NCBI RefSeq assembly: GCF_006345805.1
Contig: NC_043002.1
Span: forward strand, 74,958,001-75,022,000
Direction: 5' to 3'
Length of the DNA stretch: 64,000 nucleotides
Source of the DNA: Octopus sinensis
Lineage: Eukaryota
Shown here: positions 12,891 through 25,020 of the stretch, piece by piece
How positions within the stretch are numbered: the stretch's first letter is position 1
Layout: every line of letters begins with the position of its first letter
The notes under the pieces: model-generated
The model's input: the letters and a program-made list of their open reading frames with translations, nothing else
Told to the model about the DNA's origin: nothing
Database searches by the model: none
Program-made: the position numbers and the translations under genes

Positions 12891-13389
12891 ATGGGAGGAT
12901 TTGTTGGCTTCTCAGCTACATGGTCACCTGTGTGGGTGGGTGGGTAACTGAGAGTGAGATCGTTGCTGCGGAGGAACTTAATGAAAGGAGATTGACTTGC
13001 ATATTAACAATGTTTGGTTTCTCATTTAGGCTTTCTTTGACTGAGAACACTGATTCTTTTGCTTAAATATTTACTCTCCTCTTTCTTACTTTTAGTCTTT
13101 ATGTTTCTGTAAAGAATGTTTCTTATTTTATTTTACCATGGTTATAAATGCTTTGTAAAGGTGTGAATTTCATAATTCATCTATGCAACAAGGCTACTTG
13201 ATCCGTTAGAAAAATAAATCACATCTTATGACATACAATGTAGTCTCAAATATTATGGCACCTACTACCATTTTTGTTCCTAAAAATATATTAAGTATCC
13301 AACCCCTCCCTGTGAATATGTGAATTATGTAAATCCTTTTCATTTGAGATATGTTATGAAGAGTTAAGCTGCTCACTTTGTGTCTATCT

Positions 13390-14095
13390 GTTTGGGTTCA
13401 ATGTTACTGCCTAGCACCTTGGGCAGTGAATTTAGTTGATGGAAACTGTGGAAGCAGTTGATGGAAACAGGTGGCGTGCTTGGCAGAAACATTAGCATGC
13501 CAGGCGAAATGCTTAGTGGTATTTCGTCTGTCTTTACGTTCTGGGTTCAAATTCTGCCGAGGTCAACTTTGCCTTTCATCCTTTTGGGGTCGATAAATTA
13601 AGTACCAGTTATGCACTGGGGTCGATGTAATTGACTTAATCCGTTTGTCTGACCTTGTCTGTCCCCTCTGTGTTTAGCCCCTTGTGGGTAGTAAAGAAAT
13701 AGGTATTTCGTCTCTTTACGTTCTGGGTTCAAATTCTGCTGAGGTCGACTTTGCCTTTCATCCTTTCAGGGTCGATAAATTAAGTACCAGTTACGCGCTG
13801 GGGTTGATGTAATCGACTTAATCTCTTTGTCTGTCCTTGTTTGTCCCCTCTATGTTTAACCCCATGTGGGCTATAAAGAAATAGGAAACTGTGGAAGCCT
13901 GTTGTAGATGTGTGTGTTTTTGTGTTTGTCCTCCACCCCACTGCTTGATAATTGGTGTTGGTCTATTTACATTCCCATAACTTAGTAGTTTAGGAAAAAA
14001 AACTTATTCAACAAATGCTTGACTTAAGATTAAGTACTAGGGTCAGTATGTTCAACTAAACCCTTCAGTCCAATGACTGAGACAAGTAAAAGGTA
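13390..14095 (+). mobile_element. Degenerate family A SINE hosting a nested family B insertion
   Basis: GGGTTCAAT..CACCTTGGGCAG head before 13441. The body resumes at 13884 and ends GACTGAGACAAGTAAAAG. Confidence 0.75.
13456..13883 (+). mobile_element. Low-divergence family B SINE variant with a duplicated 3' segment of about 184 bp
   Basis: 15-bp TSD GGAAACTGTGGAAGC at 13441-13455 and 13884-13898. Repeat units at 13518-13701 and 13702-13883; many CpGs retained. Confidence 0.9.
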
Positions 14096-14238
14096 AAAAA
14101 AGGTACAGCAACTACTTCAGTCAATTGTTTGTAAGAAACTATTGTTTCTTTTTTAACCCTACTGCCATTTTCTATTGTGCAATGTTAAGTACATTTTCCC
14201 TAAATAAATTTTGTAAGTTGGATGTGTTTCCTTGTTAA

Positions 14239-14439
14239 TCCTTTAGCATTTAAACCAGGTATATCCAGCTAAAATATCTACCTGTTTTATGCTCAAATAG
14301 ATCAGATCTGGTTTCTCACCAACCCCACAATATCATTCTAAAAGTTAAGTTACCTCAACAAAATCTCAGAGCTATTGGACAATACATTGTTGATTCAAAA
14401 CAATGTGAATAAATAAGCATTACTTTTGACAATAATGGG
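14239..14439. mobile_element. piggyBac-type MITE, family 2 (right end partly deleted)
   Basis: TTAA at 14235-14238 and 14440-14443. TCCTTTAGCATTTAAACC start; interior homologous to 18468-18686. Confidence 0.8.
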
Positions 14440-15031
14440 TTAAACCATGTGTACTTTGGTTTTCTTAAGGGAAAACTGTCCACAACATTGCTGGTTTACT
14501 GGTTCCTGAATCTTGAAGCTTCCTCCTTTTACTGGTTCTAATTAGCCATTTGACTGTATTTCTACTGGAGCATCAGGACTGTGGAAATTATAAGGATTTC
14601 TTACTAAAGTGCTTGAGAGGAGTCAGATTTAGCTTTTGGAAATTGACAGATGACAATGTTGAGTAGAGTGATTTTACTTCTGGCTCGAATTCAGTTTATA
14701 GACAAAATCATTTTTGTCTTATTTAGAACCTGTTGCCTTCCTAATTTTACCATAACAATATCCTTTACATCATACATAATGTCCATAGATGCAATTACAG
14801 CTAGTAATTAGGTTGGACTCTACCTCATTACAGTGATGAAAAAGTTGGTGTTAAAATAATTAACTAATTGATATTGCACTGATGTCTCTCTCTATGTATG
14901 TTGCAATTGTTAAGCATGGAAAAATGGACATAAAATGGCAATTATGATAATATTTCACTTTGAAAAACTATTGTTTGTATTGTGTGTGTGTGCGTGTGAA
15001 GCACGTTCAAGCACGCATATTCTCTCTCCCC

Positions 15032-15081
<50 letters not shown>

Positions 15082-15327
15082 AGTAAATAGATTATCTCTC
15101 AGCTTTGACAATGAATCTTCTAGTTCCTTATGCAACTGAAACAGTTTTTTTGTTTTTAGTGGCTGATTATACCATAGACATCTGCATTTTTTTGGTAGAA
15201 TCAGTGTTACACAGTATATGGTAATGCTGATCCTTTGACTTACAGGCTGTCTGACAATCTTGCATATGGTTTCTGTCTGTTCAGTTTCACACTCACAAAG
15301 ACACCCAATACACTAAACAGTAAGATG

Positions 15328-15570
15328 AAACCCATCGTCATCACCATCGTTTAACATACGCTTTTCCGTGCTTGCATGTGTCAAGCAGAATTTCTTGAGG
15401 CAGATTTTCTACAACCTGATGCCCCTCCTGTCATCAACCCTTGCCTGTTTTCAAGAAAGGTGATATTTCCTCATAGCCAGATATGTTTTTCATAGAAGAC
15501 TGAAAGCAAACAATTTTTCTTGTAGGACATTGATTCCCAATGACAACCATCATGTGATGTTTAAGAAAGG
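15328..15570 (-). mobile_element. Family A' SINE 3' module (shared (GAT)n tail), antisense
   Basis: The reverse complement aligns by eye to 16150-16330 and to the tails at about 38900-39110. Confidence 0.75.
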
Positions 15571-15613
15571 TAATGGGCTACCTCCATCTACCATAACCAC
15601 TTACATGTGCGCA

Positions 15614-15644
<31 letters not shown>

Positions 15645-15964
15645 TAGAGTGCCTATATAAGGCTTATTGAAGAATGCTCTTTAAGAGATTAGAAATGAGG
15701 TAGCAGCTATGATCAAAGTCTATGTGAATTACATAAACACAAAAAAGAATCTTGTATATACTAAAAAAAAAAGAAAATATGTGTATATTTACTTTATGGT
15801 AAACCTTCTGGGATATCTAGGAGCTTTGATGACTGCTTTGCCTCTTCATCTCTGTAGAATGAAACAGATTCTGATGCAGTCTTACCATAAATAGCAGTTG
15901 GCCACAGGGGCGTTTATATAAAGCATTTGGAATATACAAGGGGAACAGTGTACATTTATATATA

Positions 15965-16390
15965 GTTAACAGTAGGAAGCAAGCTTCCCAACCATATGGT
16001 TTCAGGTTTAGTCTCACTGTACATCATTTTGGGTTAGTGTGTTCTACTATAAGCCTGAATCAACCAAAACCTTATAAGTGGATCTCATCTCTGTTGTGAG
16101 TGTGTGTGTGTCTCCTTGTCTTGACATTGCATGATAGTGGAAATTAGTGTCACTCATAAAAGTAGTGTTCTTCGTTTCCAGTCTTCTGTAAAAACATCTA
16201 GCCATGAGAAAATTTAACCTTACATAAAAACAGGTGAGAGTTGGCAACAAAAGAGGTATGTATCAGGCTGTAGAAACTTTGCCTCAGCAAATTCTATCTG
16301 ACCCATGCTAGCATGGGAAGTAGACAACGAAGTGGAAAAGTAGACAACGAAATGGAAAAATAGACAATAAAACTATGATGATGATACATA
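15965..16390 (+). mobile_element. Family A' SINE (A head plus (GAT)n-type tail)
   Basis: GCTTCCCAACCATATGGTTTCAGGTTTAG head; CAGGCTGTAGAAAC..CTGACCCATGCTAGCATGG tail with a 20-bp tandem duplication near 16318-16368. Confidence 0.75.
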
Positions 16391-17134
16391 TGAACCTGAT
16401 AACCATATATTTTAATTTGTCTATTTAAAGCTTTTATTCATCAAAAATTAACTGGGGCTTTAACTGAAGTCTGTGTGAACTAAGAATAAATGTAAATGAA
16501 ATCTTGAATATATTATGTCTTTTGTTTCAACTTGTTATACATCTCTGAGAATTTAAATGTTAGTTGTGTTCTTGTCTGTGTATTTAACAAAAAAAAAAAG
16601 GCCTGTAGCATTTGTAATGTTACATGGTGATGAGTGTCATCATTAAGTGTTGTAATTTCAACAATATATGTGTATTGGTCAACCGTTTGCAACTTTGTTT
16701 AAATGTTTTTTTTGTTTTTTTTTTTATGTTCCCAAAAGCTGACGATACCTTAATATTTGTCTGCTGCAGAATCAGTAAACAGTTAACTAGGTTCAAAGCT
16801 CTATAGCATCTATTTTGCCCTTGACTTGTAACATACAGGTTCACTGTTTTCAGCAGTTGCTGTTATGTGGTATGAAAAGACTTGAATAAATCTGGCACTT
16901 ATTTTATCAGTCACTTTTTACTAGCCTGCTAAGTTTCAGGTACAATAAGCAAACCAACACCATTTCACAAGTGGTGAGAGGCAAACATAAACACATGTGT
17001 CTTCATTTACCTCAGGCCCTCAACTGTTTGAGGGAGTCATGGTATGTCATTGTGACATACAGCTTTTCCTGGGTACTTTTTAGACCTGGTGGAGCTCAAC
17101 TCCAAGTTAGATTACAGCTGTCTGACTAGGGTAG

Positions 17135-17807
17135 AAAAGAATTGATCTCAGTACTGGACTGGTACTTTATTTATCAACCCCAAAAGAATGAAATGCAGAG
17201 CTGGCAGGACTTTATCTCGGTGCGTAGAGAGCCAGGATAATTATTGTAAAGCAATCTATATCCATCTCTGTAATGACTTTGCCTATTGGCGACGACTCTT
17301 TCTAGGGATATGATGAGCTTCCATACAGTTACAATGATAATATAGCAAAAGTTAATTTCGATGACAATTTTCTTTTACAATTACTTTCAACCAATGAGGA
17401 GGAAAACTGTGAAATTGGAATGATAATAATAATTCATTCTAATTTTGGCTATTACTTTTGAGAGAATGGGGAAGTCAACTTCATTGTCCCCAGTGCTCAG
17501 CTGGTACTTATTTTATCAACCGCAAAAGGATGAAAGGTAAAGATGATTTTATCAGCATTTGAACTTGGAAGAAATGCTGTTAATCATTCTGCCAGCTCAC
17601 CACCTTAATGATAATAATAATCTTTTCTGCTCTAAGCACAAAGCCTGAAATTTCTGAGGAGGGAGCTGGTCGATTACATTAACCCCACTGCTCAACAGGC
17701 TGAAAGCAAAATTGACCTTGGTGGAATTTGAACTTGGTATGTAAAGACTGACAAAATACTATTAAGCATTTTGTCTGGCATGCTAAGGGTCCCATCAGCT
17801 CATCACT

Positions 17808-17842
<35 letters not shown>

Positions 17843-18020
17843 TTCAAATTTTGGCACAGTGCCAGCAAGTTCAGTAGTGGGGCCAAGTCTATTACATCAA
17901 CTACTACTTATTTTATCAACCCTGAAAAGATGAAAGGCAAAGTCAGATTTGAACTCAGAATGTAAAGCCAGATGAAATGCTGCTAAGTCTTTCACTCAGC
18001 ATGCTACTGATTCTGCTAGT
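17135..18020 (-). mobile_element. Antisense cluster of family B SINE copies separated by (AAT)n
   Basis: CTGGTACTTATTTTATCAACC..AAAAGGATGAAAGG and GAATTTGAACT recur at about 17160, 17500, 17720 and 17910. Confidence 0.8.
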
Positions 18021-18025
18021 GATAT

Positions 18026-18467
18026 GAAAGTATTGACCATCTCTTAAGTGAATGCAATAAGCTTGCAGAAAAAGCATGTAAGTTCAGGCATGACTGTCAG
18101 TAAAAGAATGCATTGGGATGTTAGCTAAGTGTAGAAAAGTAGCTGAAAAATGATATTAACATGAGCCAAAGCATGTAATGGAGAATAAAAAAAAAAAAAA
18201 AAAAAAGCAGTGCAAGATCATTGACTTTGTAGTACCATTTGTATTAGTGTGGACATCAAAGACATTGAGAAATATCAGGACCTAGCCAGACGGATGATGA
18301 GGTTGTGGAAGACTCATAGGCCAAGTATTCCTCTGCTAACTAGTGCACCTTGTTCAACACCAAAACTGCTATTTAAGAGGCTGAAGGATATTAGAATTTA
18401 GGCTTGCATTGTCAAAGTGCAATCCTGCATTCTGCAAAGAATCTTAAGAAAGATTCTTGAGATTTAA
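18026..18467 (+). mobile_element. 3' fragment of an R4/Dong-type (REL endonuclease) non-LTR retrotransposon ORF, decayed
   Basis: Manual translation across frameshifts: ESIDHLLSECNKLAEKACKFRHD (zinc-knuckle region), MHWD, EK*Y*HEPKHVMEN, CKIIDFVVPF, IEKYQDLARRMMRLWK, ILRKILEI*. These match the C-terminus of REL-type LINEs. Confidence 0.8.
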
Positions 18468-18686
18468 CCCCTTACCATTTAAACTGGCCATATTTGGCCA
18501 AAGTTTTCTATCTGTTTTATGTTCAAACTAACCATATCTGGTATCTCACACCTACCCTACATTGTCACTCTAAAAATAAACAATTACATCATTGAAATTT
18601 CAAAGCTACAAGATGATGCTTGATTATTTCAAATGATGTGAATAAATAGGCATTACATTTAATAAAGTAATCTGAATGCTAAATGG
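18468..18686. mobile_element. piggyBac-type MITE, family 2
   Basis: TTAA at 18464-18467 and 18687-18690. Ends CCCCTTACCATT / AATGCTAAATGG. Confidence 0.85.
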
Positions 18687-19559
18687 TTAAAAAAAACTTT
18701 TCAGTGAATCTGAAGAGAACTGCTGCTAATTACTGTAGCATTTAATACCTCTGATGATCATAAAAATAATAAAGTATCACTGTTCCTCTTAAGTTTAGAA
18801 CTTGTATAGACATTTCTAAAATGACAACGTTAATAAGTTATGGTCTAATGCAAAATTAAGTCCTTGTTATTACTTTATTGTTTATTGTCAGTTTTAGAAA
18901 ATCCTCGTGTGTAATTTAAGTGCCAGAAAATAAATACTGAGCTGTCAGAGACTTTTCCATCTATTTACCAGGATGATTTAATTCATTACAAGTTGTCTTC
19001 TGAACATCTTAAAGTTTCTGAATACTTTTAAAAGTTGTTCTTACACAGTCAGGTTAGGTCTCTCTTTTCAGACCAATGCTACCGACAGATAGTGTGTGGT
19101 GGTCTTCTTACTGGAAGCTGTATATATTGTGTTAGAGACAGAAAATGAAAGACAGTTGATGCTCAGGGAGGAGATAATCGCTTCTAAGCATATCCCTTTT
19201 TGGTCTTCTGTGGAGAATTTTTTGTTTTCAGAGTGAAAAGAGCATACATTTATTGCATAGAATTCTTTTATTCTTCTTTTTTATTATTATCAGAGTAGCC
19301 ATGTATGATATCATTTCATCCTGTTTGAAAATCTCAAGTTATGCTGTGCTAAAGATTTCAAAAGTACTTGTGAATGTATGTGTGTAGTTGGAATTTACAG
19401 AAAAAAAGGGACAAAGGGACAAGCAGGTATATTAGTTTGACCCTCTGGAAGAATGGAAAAGCTGTTGATGTTTTGAGCCAATGCTCTTTGACAGAAAGGA
19501 CTGAGAGGGAAAAAAATGAAGAGAAAAAATTGTGTAGGGATTAATGGTTCCAGCTAACC

Positions 19560-19800
19560 TAGCAGAAAGGCAGTGAGATGGTAGAATTGTTAGCACATCA
19601 GGCATAATACTTGTCTTTTCAGGCTCTTTATGTTCTGAGTTCAAACCCCTCTGAGGTCAGCTCTGCTTTTCGTTCCTTTGGTGTTGATAAAGCCATGCCA
19701 ATAAGTAAAGTTACATCAACTGCAATCATGTTCTGGGTCAATGTAATCAACTTGTTCTTTCTCCTCACGATTGCCGGCCTTGACCCCTGCAATGGACTAG
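19560..19800 (+). mobile_element. Family B SINE
   Basis: GGTAGAATTGTTAGCAC, TTCTGAGTTCAAAC, CGTTCCTTTGGTGTTGATAAA. Confidence 0.75.
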
Positions 19801-21029
19801 CATCCCACTCAGGGAAAATTTCGTGGTTTCAGTCACTTATACTCCATGGAATTTGGGTAAACTGGCCTTTTGAGTCCTTATGAAAAAGAAAATCTAACTA
19901 TGCACCACTGCAACTTAAGCACCACCGTGATTCACACATGGCTTAAGACTTGTATCTGAATTATCTCATTGGAATTTTTCTTGGTTTGTTCTGAGTAGCA
20001 GCAGTATTGTCAGAAATATAAGAGTAAAAATAAAAACAGTTATTTCCTCATTCATGTAACAAAGAGATGTCTTGATAACAGGTTGGTCCTTTCCCAGGGG
20101 GGAAAAAAATAGTGAAAGAGAGGTAAAAAATATTATTTGTTTACAAGACTAATTGTACTTAATATTTCTAATGTTGTGTAGTTTCCAGGAACTTTGGATT
20201 GTCATTTAAAGAAAATGTTTTAAAGAAAAAATTGTTTTCATTCTATATATATATATATATATAACTTTGTATTGTTGGTTTTTTTCTTTTCTTTTTCTTC
20301 TTTTATACTGAATGGCATTTGAAGTAGCTTTTAGGTGCTACTTTCTTACATAGAATAATATAAAAGCTCTTTCTTTTAGTTTTCTCGTCATGTTTTAGCC
20401 GGATTTTCGATTCTCAGGTCATTCCATTTGTGGAAAATATTTTTCTCTAGCATCTGTGGAAATCTTATCAAAGCTCTTTAAGAGACTACACTTTGTATGT
20501 TGCCTTGTTCTGTTGGTCAAATACACTCAATGAATTTAGGAGTTAAGAGGCTTTCTCTCCTTCACCTCTCTCTTCCCTACCCCACAGTCTTTTTCGACAT
20601 TTTCTTTTCTGTGTTCATCTCCTAGGCAACTCTCAATTTACCTATCTAATGTATTTGGCATTAATGTACTATGAAGATGGACTTTAATCATGAAAGAATT
20701 CCTGGAACACACTGGGCATTTCTATATAAACAACTAAATCTCCCCTCTGACGCTTTACTGTGATTTATTGCTAATGTCACTTTGGTTTTATGATTTATTT
20801 TTATGTACTGCTCTTTAAAATTTACATCATGAAATTTGTTTTTCCTTTCTTGATTTTTATTATTTCAGTTTCAGTATTTTTTTTTTTTAATTTCACATTT
20901 GTCAAAACTTTCAGAAAAATAGACAATAATAATAACAATGATGATGATGATGATATTAATAATATTGATGATGATAATAAAAAGAATGTGGGTGATCTGT
21001 TCAGAAGGAAGAAATAAATATTTTATTAG

Positions 21030-21076
<47 letters not shown>

Positions 21077-21250
21077 AAAATACTAACAAAAGACATAGTA
21101 AAATACTATTGAATAATCTATGCCAAATTCAACTGCACTGAGCTTTATTATTTCTTTTATTTATTCATTATTGTTAATCTTTTATTTGTGATAATTCTTT
21201 TTGTTGTCAGATCTTAGAACAGATATTAAGAGAGGTCTCTTCACCCACCC

Positions 21251-21255
<5 letters not shown>

Positions 21256-21294
<39 letters not shown>
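21256..21294. repeat. (TG)n microsatellite
   Basis: Read directly. Confidence 0.95.
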
Positions 21295-21296
<2 letters not shown>

Positions 21297-21659
21297 GGTT
21301 CTTATGCTGATACTTTAATGATAGAATTTTCTTGAGAATTATTCTTATTGTTGGTTTGTAATTTATTTCCATTATGTTGTGTTCTGATGTTTTTTAATAG
21401 ATGTGTGAATGTGCGCGTGCACACACACATAATGTGTGTGTGCCTCCTCATCTAGATATCTTGCATTAAGCACATTTACTTTTCTTTCTTTGCCAGAATA
21501 GCCTCTTAACGTTGCTTTGAAATTCTTTATTCACCAACATTTTCCTTATAGGTGTTCATATAAAGCTTGACATGAACATTACTAATTGTGGAGAACCTGT
21601 GATAGTTCTTAATAGTGCATCTCCTCCTCCTCCTGATTAACTCACTAAGAGTATAGAAG

Positions 21660-22110
21660 TGGTCACATGTTACAGCCAAACTATTATCAATGTACACATG
21701 CCCTGATGTACTACTGTTATTGGTCATATGTCAAAGCTAATGCTGGCTACAAGTGACAGTCTAATTGCTAAGACTGACCACATGATATGGACACTGCTAA
21801 CACTGGCTACATACCACAGACTCATTGCTAACACTTACCCAATAATACATATTGCTATTGCTGGCCACATGTCACTGACACACTTCTGTAAGTGGCCTCG
21901 TGTCACAACTGATACTTGACTGCTATCACCAACCATGTGTCACATTCTTCATTGCTATTACTGGCAACATGTCACATTGTACATTGCTATTATTGGCTAC
22001 ATATCACATCCTACACTACTATTAATGCCACATTCTATACTGCTTTTACTAGCTACATGTCATATTCTACACTGCTATTACTAATCACATGTCACATTTT
22101 ACACTGCTAG
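21660..22110. repeat. Degenerate minisatellite, 32-bp unit
   Basis: Unit approximately CACTGCTATTACTGGCTACATGTCACATTCTA. The clearest consecutive units are at about 21950-22110. Confidence 0.8.
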
Positions 22111-22749
22111 TACACCCTGCAAGCTGTTAATGGCCAACCATTCTTTTTATTCTCAATGTTCATTCGGGTTTTTTTTTTTTTGCTATCCAAATGTAATGGT
22201 TAAAAACACACCAAACACTAAAAGTTATAAAGGTTTGTTGTTAATGTAGTAGTAGTAGTGTTGGTTGTTATAGACGAACACCAAAACAACTAGTGTTGCG
22301 ATAAAATGCATCATTGTCTAATATCAGATTTGTCATTATGAATCCATCACTCCTATGAAATGCCAATCAGGGATAAAACTATCTTAAGAAATGTCACCAA
22401 ATGGATTAAAAACACTTTTTTCTCTTAATCTAAATTTCATTTTAATGTAGATTGAAGGAATCAATTGAAAAACTCTTTCAAGAATGGTTTTATCAATGAA
22501 TATTGCAATTCATTTTTTTTTTTAAATTTTAAAATATTAAAAAAAATAAATCTGCATTTGTAATTTTCCAAAATATTTGTGTGTGGGCGTATGTGTGTGT
22601 GTGTGTGGATGTGTGATTATCTTTATAAATCACTTTTGGAGAATATTTTATCCATGTTTTATCTCTCTCTCTCTCATATATATAACTCCACCTTCCTCAG
22701 CTAATAATGCATGCCTATGTGCACATACATGCACACGTGTGAGTGTATG

Positions 22750-22789
<40 letters not shown>

Positions 22790-22922
22790 GTTAATCACTA
22801 GACTTTAACTATGCAATATTCTAACAAAAGTGACCATTTTTCAATGATTCTTTTAGAATTCACTACTTCGATGACATGTTTTCTTTTTCTTCCTGAGTAA
22901 TTTTTCCATTTCAATAAAATTG

Positions 22923-22966
<44 letters not shown>

Positions 22967-24499
22967 GGAATATATATATATACATATTATACATGCACAC
23001 ATCTCTGTATGTGTATATGTATGTATATACATGAACACATATCTATATATGTGTATCCATGCATATACACACACACATACATGCATGTGTGTGTATGTAT
23101 ATATATATATATACATATTGTGCAAATTACTTGGTAAACAGGTTTTCTATGCTATGTAATTTGAATATATTTATAATAATACATGTGTATATCATTGGTG
23201 GGTAATCTTATTGTGCCTTATATATAATGTGATTCACTCAATCAATACAAATTCAAAACATATTGTATACTTATTATTTTGTAGATATTCTCGGCCATTT
23301 TTGTTTTCTTTTCACTGTTGTTGTAGTTTTTGTTTTTGCTGTTAATAATAATAATAATAATAACGATAATAATAATAATAATAGTAATAATAATGGTGGT
23401 GGTGGTGGTGGTGGTGGCAGCCACATTAGTTGATGTTGTTATGTCTTACACCATTTATTTTTGTTTTGTGTGAATGGCGTAGAAAGCAATATAATGTTAG
23501 TGGATGCTGTTTATCAAGAAGAAATTGGTAAATAAACAACAAGAATACATATATATATATATATATATATATGTTCTAGTGGAACTTTCCTCAGCGGTAG
23601 GTCTATGTTTCAGCACAGTTACTTGTAATGCTTATTGATTATTTCAGGCAGATTGCTTTGGTGGGAGGGATGAGTGGTATGCCTTTCTCAGCATTTTTAA
23701 GCACTACAAGATGATAGTGATGATTTTAAATTACATGTTGAATATATCAATGTACTCGTGTATTATAGCATTACCATTTGTTTATATTACTGATTGGTTT
23801 TTGTTTTTATTAAATCACCTCCACTTTCCAAGAGTGAATAGGGCTTGGATAGCTGGTTTGACATGGTACTGGACAACCAGCTGAGAGGGTAGTGGTTTAT
23901 TTCCTGTTTCTGGACACTGTTTTATGCCTGAAGCCAAGACATTTAACTCTTAAATGGTACAGTCCACTTAAATGGAAACAACTATAACAAAGTAGAAACA
24001 ACACTATAGTGCAGGTAGTTGTTGCATTCTAATATAGATTTTTTTTTTAATGTGTGCTTGCAGTACAAAATAGAATTCTTGCTATGGTTGTAGCATGAAG
24101 AGTGATGGCTTCTGTCAAGTAGACATGACCTACATACACTATAGAAAGTAGTAGTAGTAGTAGTAGTAGTCAACACTGATTGGGCTTTCCAGTAATGATG
24201 ATTCCATTTTTTGCAGAAGTATCTAGTGTGTACTATAACTTGGTGGAATGTGATTTGAAGTAGATTTTGCCTGCTATTTCTAACATGTTTAGAGGTTAGA
24301 GATCTTGCAGAGAGTTGTAAAGAAGTCATCTTCAGTATTGCTATTCTGAATATGCTCTGATGCTATCATTTATCTGAGACTATCACTCATGCTTCTCACT
24401 CTGTTAAGAGATTGACTGGCAAACAGAAACAAAGAATTGTGAAAACCTTTTAATTGTGTGAAAGACATGACTACATCTGTTGCTGTTTGAGAAAATGCA

Positions 24500-24680
24500 C
24501 CTAGTACACTCTGTAAAGTGTGAAGTTGTAAAGACCCTCTAGTCTTGTCAAAAGCATGACTCCTTTTTAGTACTGGTGTCATTGAAGCAAAAAAATAATA
24601 AATAAAGCGACCAGTACGCATTATAAAGTGGTTGGTATTAGGAAGGGCATCTAGCCATAGAAATCAAGTCCAAAATATAA
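24500..24680 (+). mobile_element. Shared (GAT)n-type tail fragments
   Basis: GCACCTAGTACACTCTGTAAAGTG and AAAGTGGTTGGTATTAGGAAGGGCATCTAGCCATAGAA. Confidence 0.65.
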
Positions 24681-24884
24681 TGTGAGTAAATGAGGTCCCC
24701 TGACCTATCTAGGTGAGCATCAGTGATAACTTATGCAAAAATGATAGCAGCAGTTTATGAATTTTAATTAAAAACTGAAACATCTATCATTGTCTTGTGT
24801 TAAATCTCTTCTCTCACAAATTCAAATCCAAATTTGTCTTCTCCTCTGATAGTAATTTCAAAGAAAGTAGTAGGGAAAAAATGA

Positions 24885-25020
24885 GAGACTATAAGATTGA
24901 ATGTATTACAGCATTGAGTTTTATCTCCAAGGAATTCTGAGTTCAAATCCTGCAGGAACTGGATTTTCATTTTTATCCTAATTGATGTAAAGTACTGCTC
25001 AAGTAACTTTGATATATGCC
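24885..25020 (+). mobile_element. Degenerate family B SINE
   Basis: TTCTGAGTTCAAATCCTG..TTTTCATTTT..GATGTAAAGTACTG. Confidence 0.55.

Noticed and set aside
23717-23793. C box (GTGATGA) and D box (CTGA) spacing like a C/D snoRNA
   Set aside because: No terminal stem or recognisable guide; these motifs are common in (GAT)-rich DNA.
24459-24469. TGAAAGACATG, matching the 5' end of miR-71
   Set aside because: Only 11 nt match, there is no hairpin, and it lies next to a repeat remnant.
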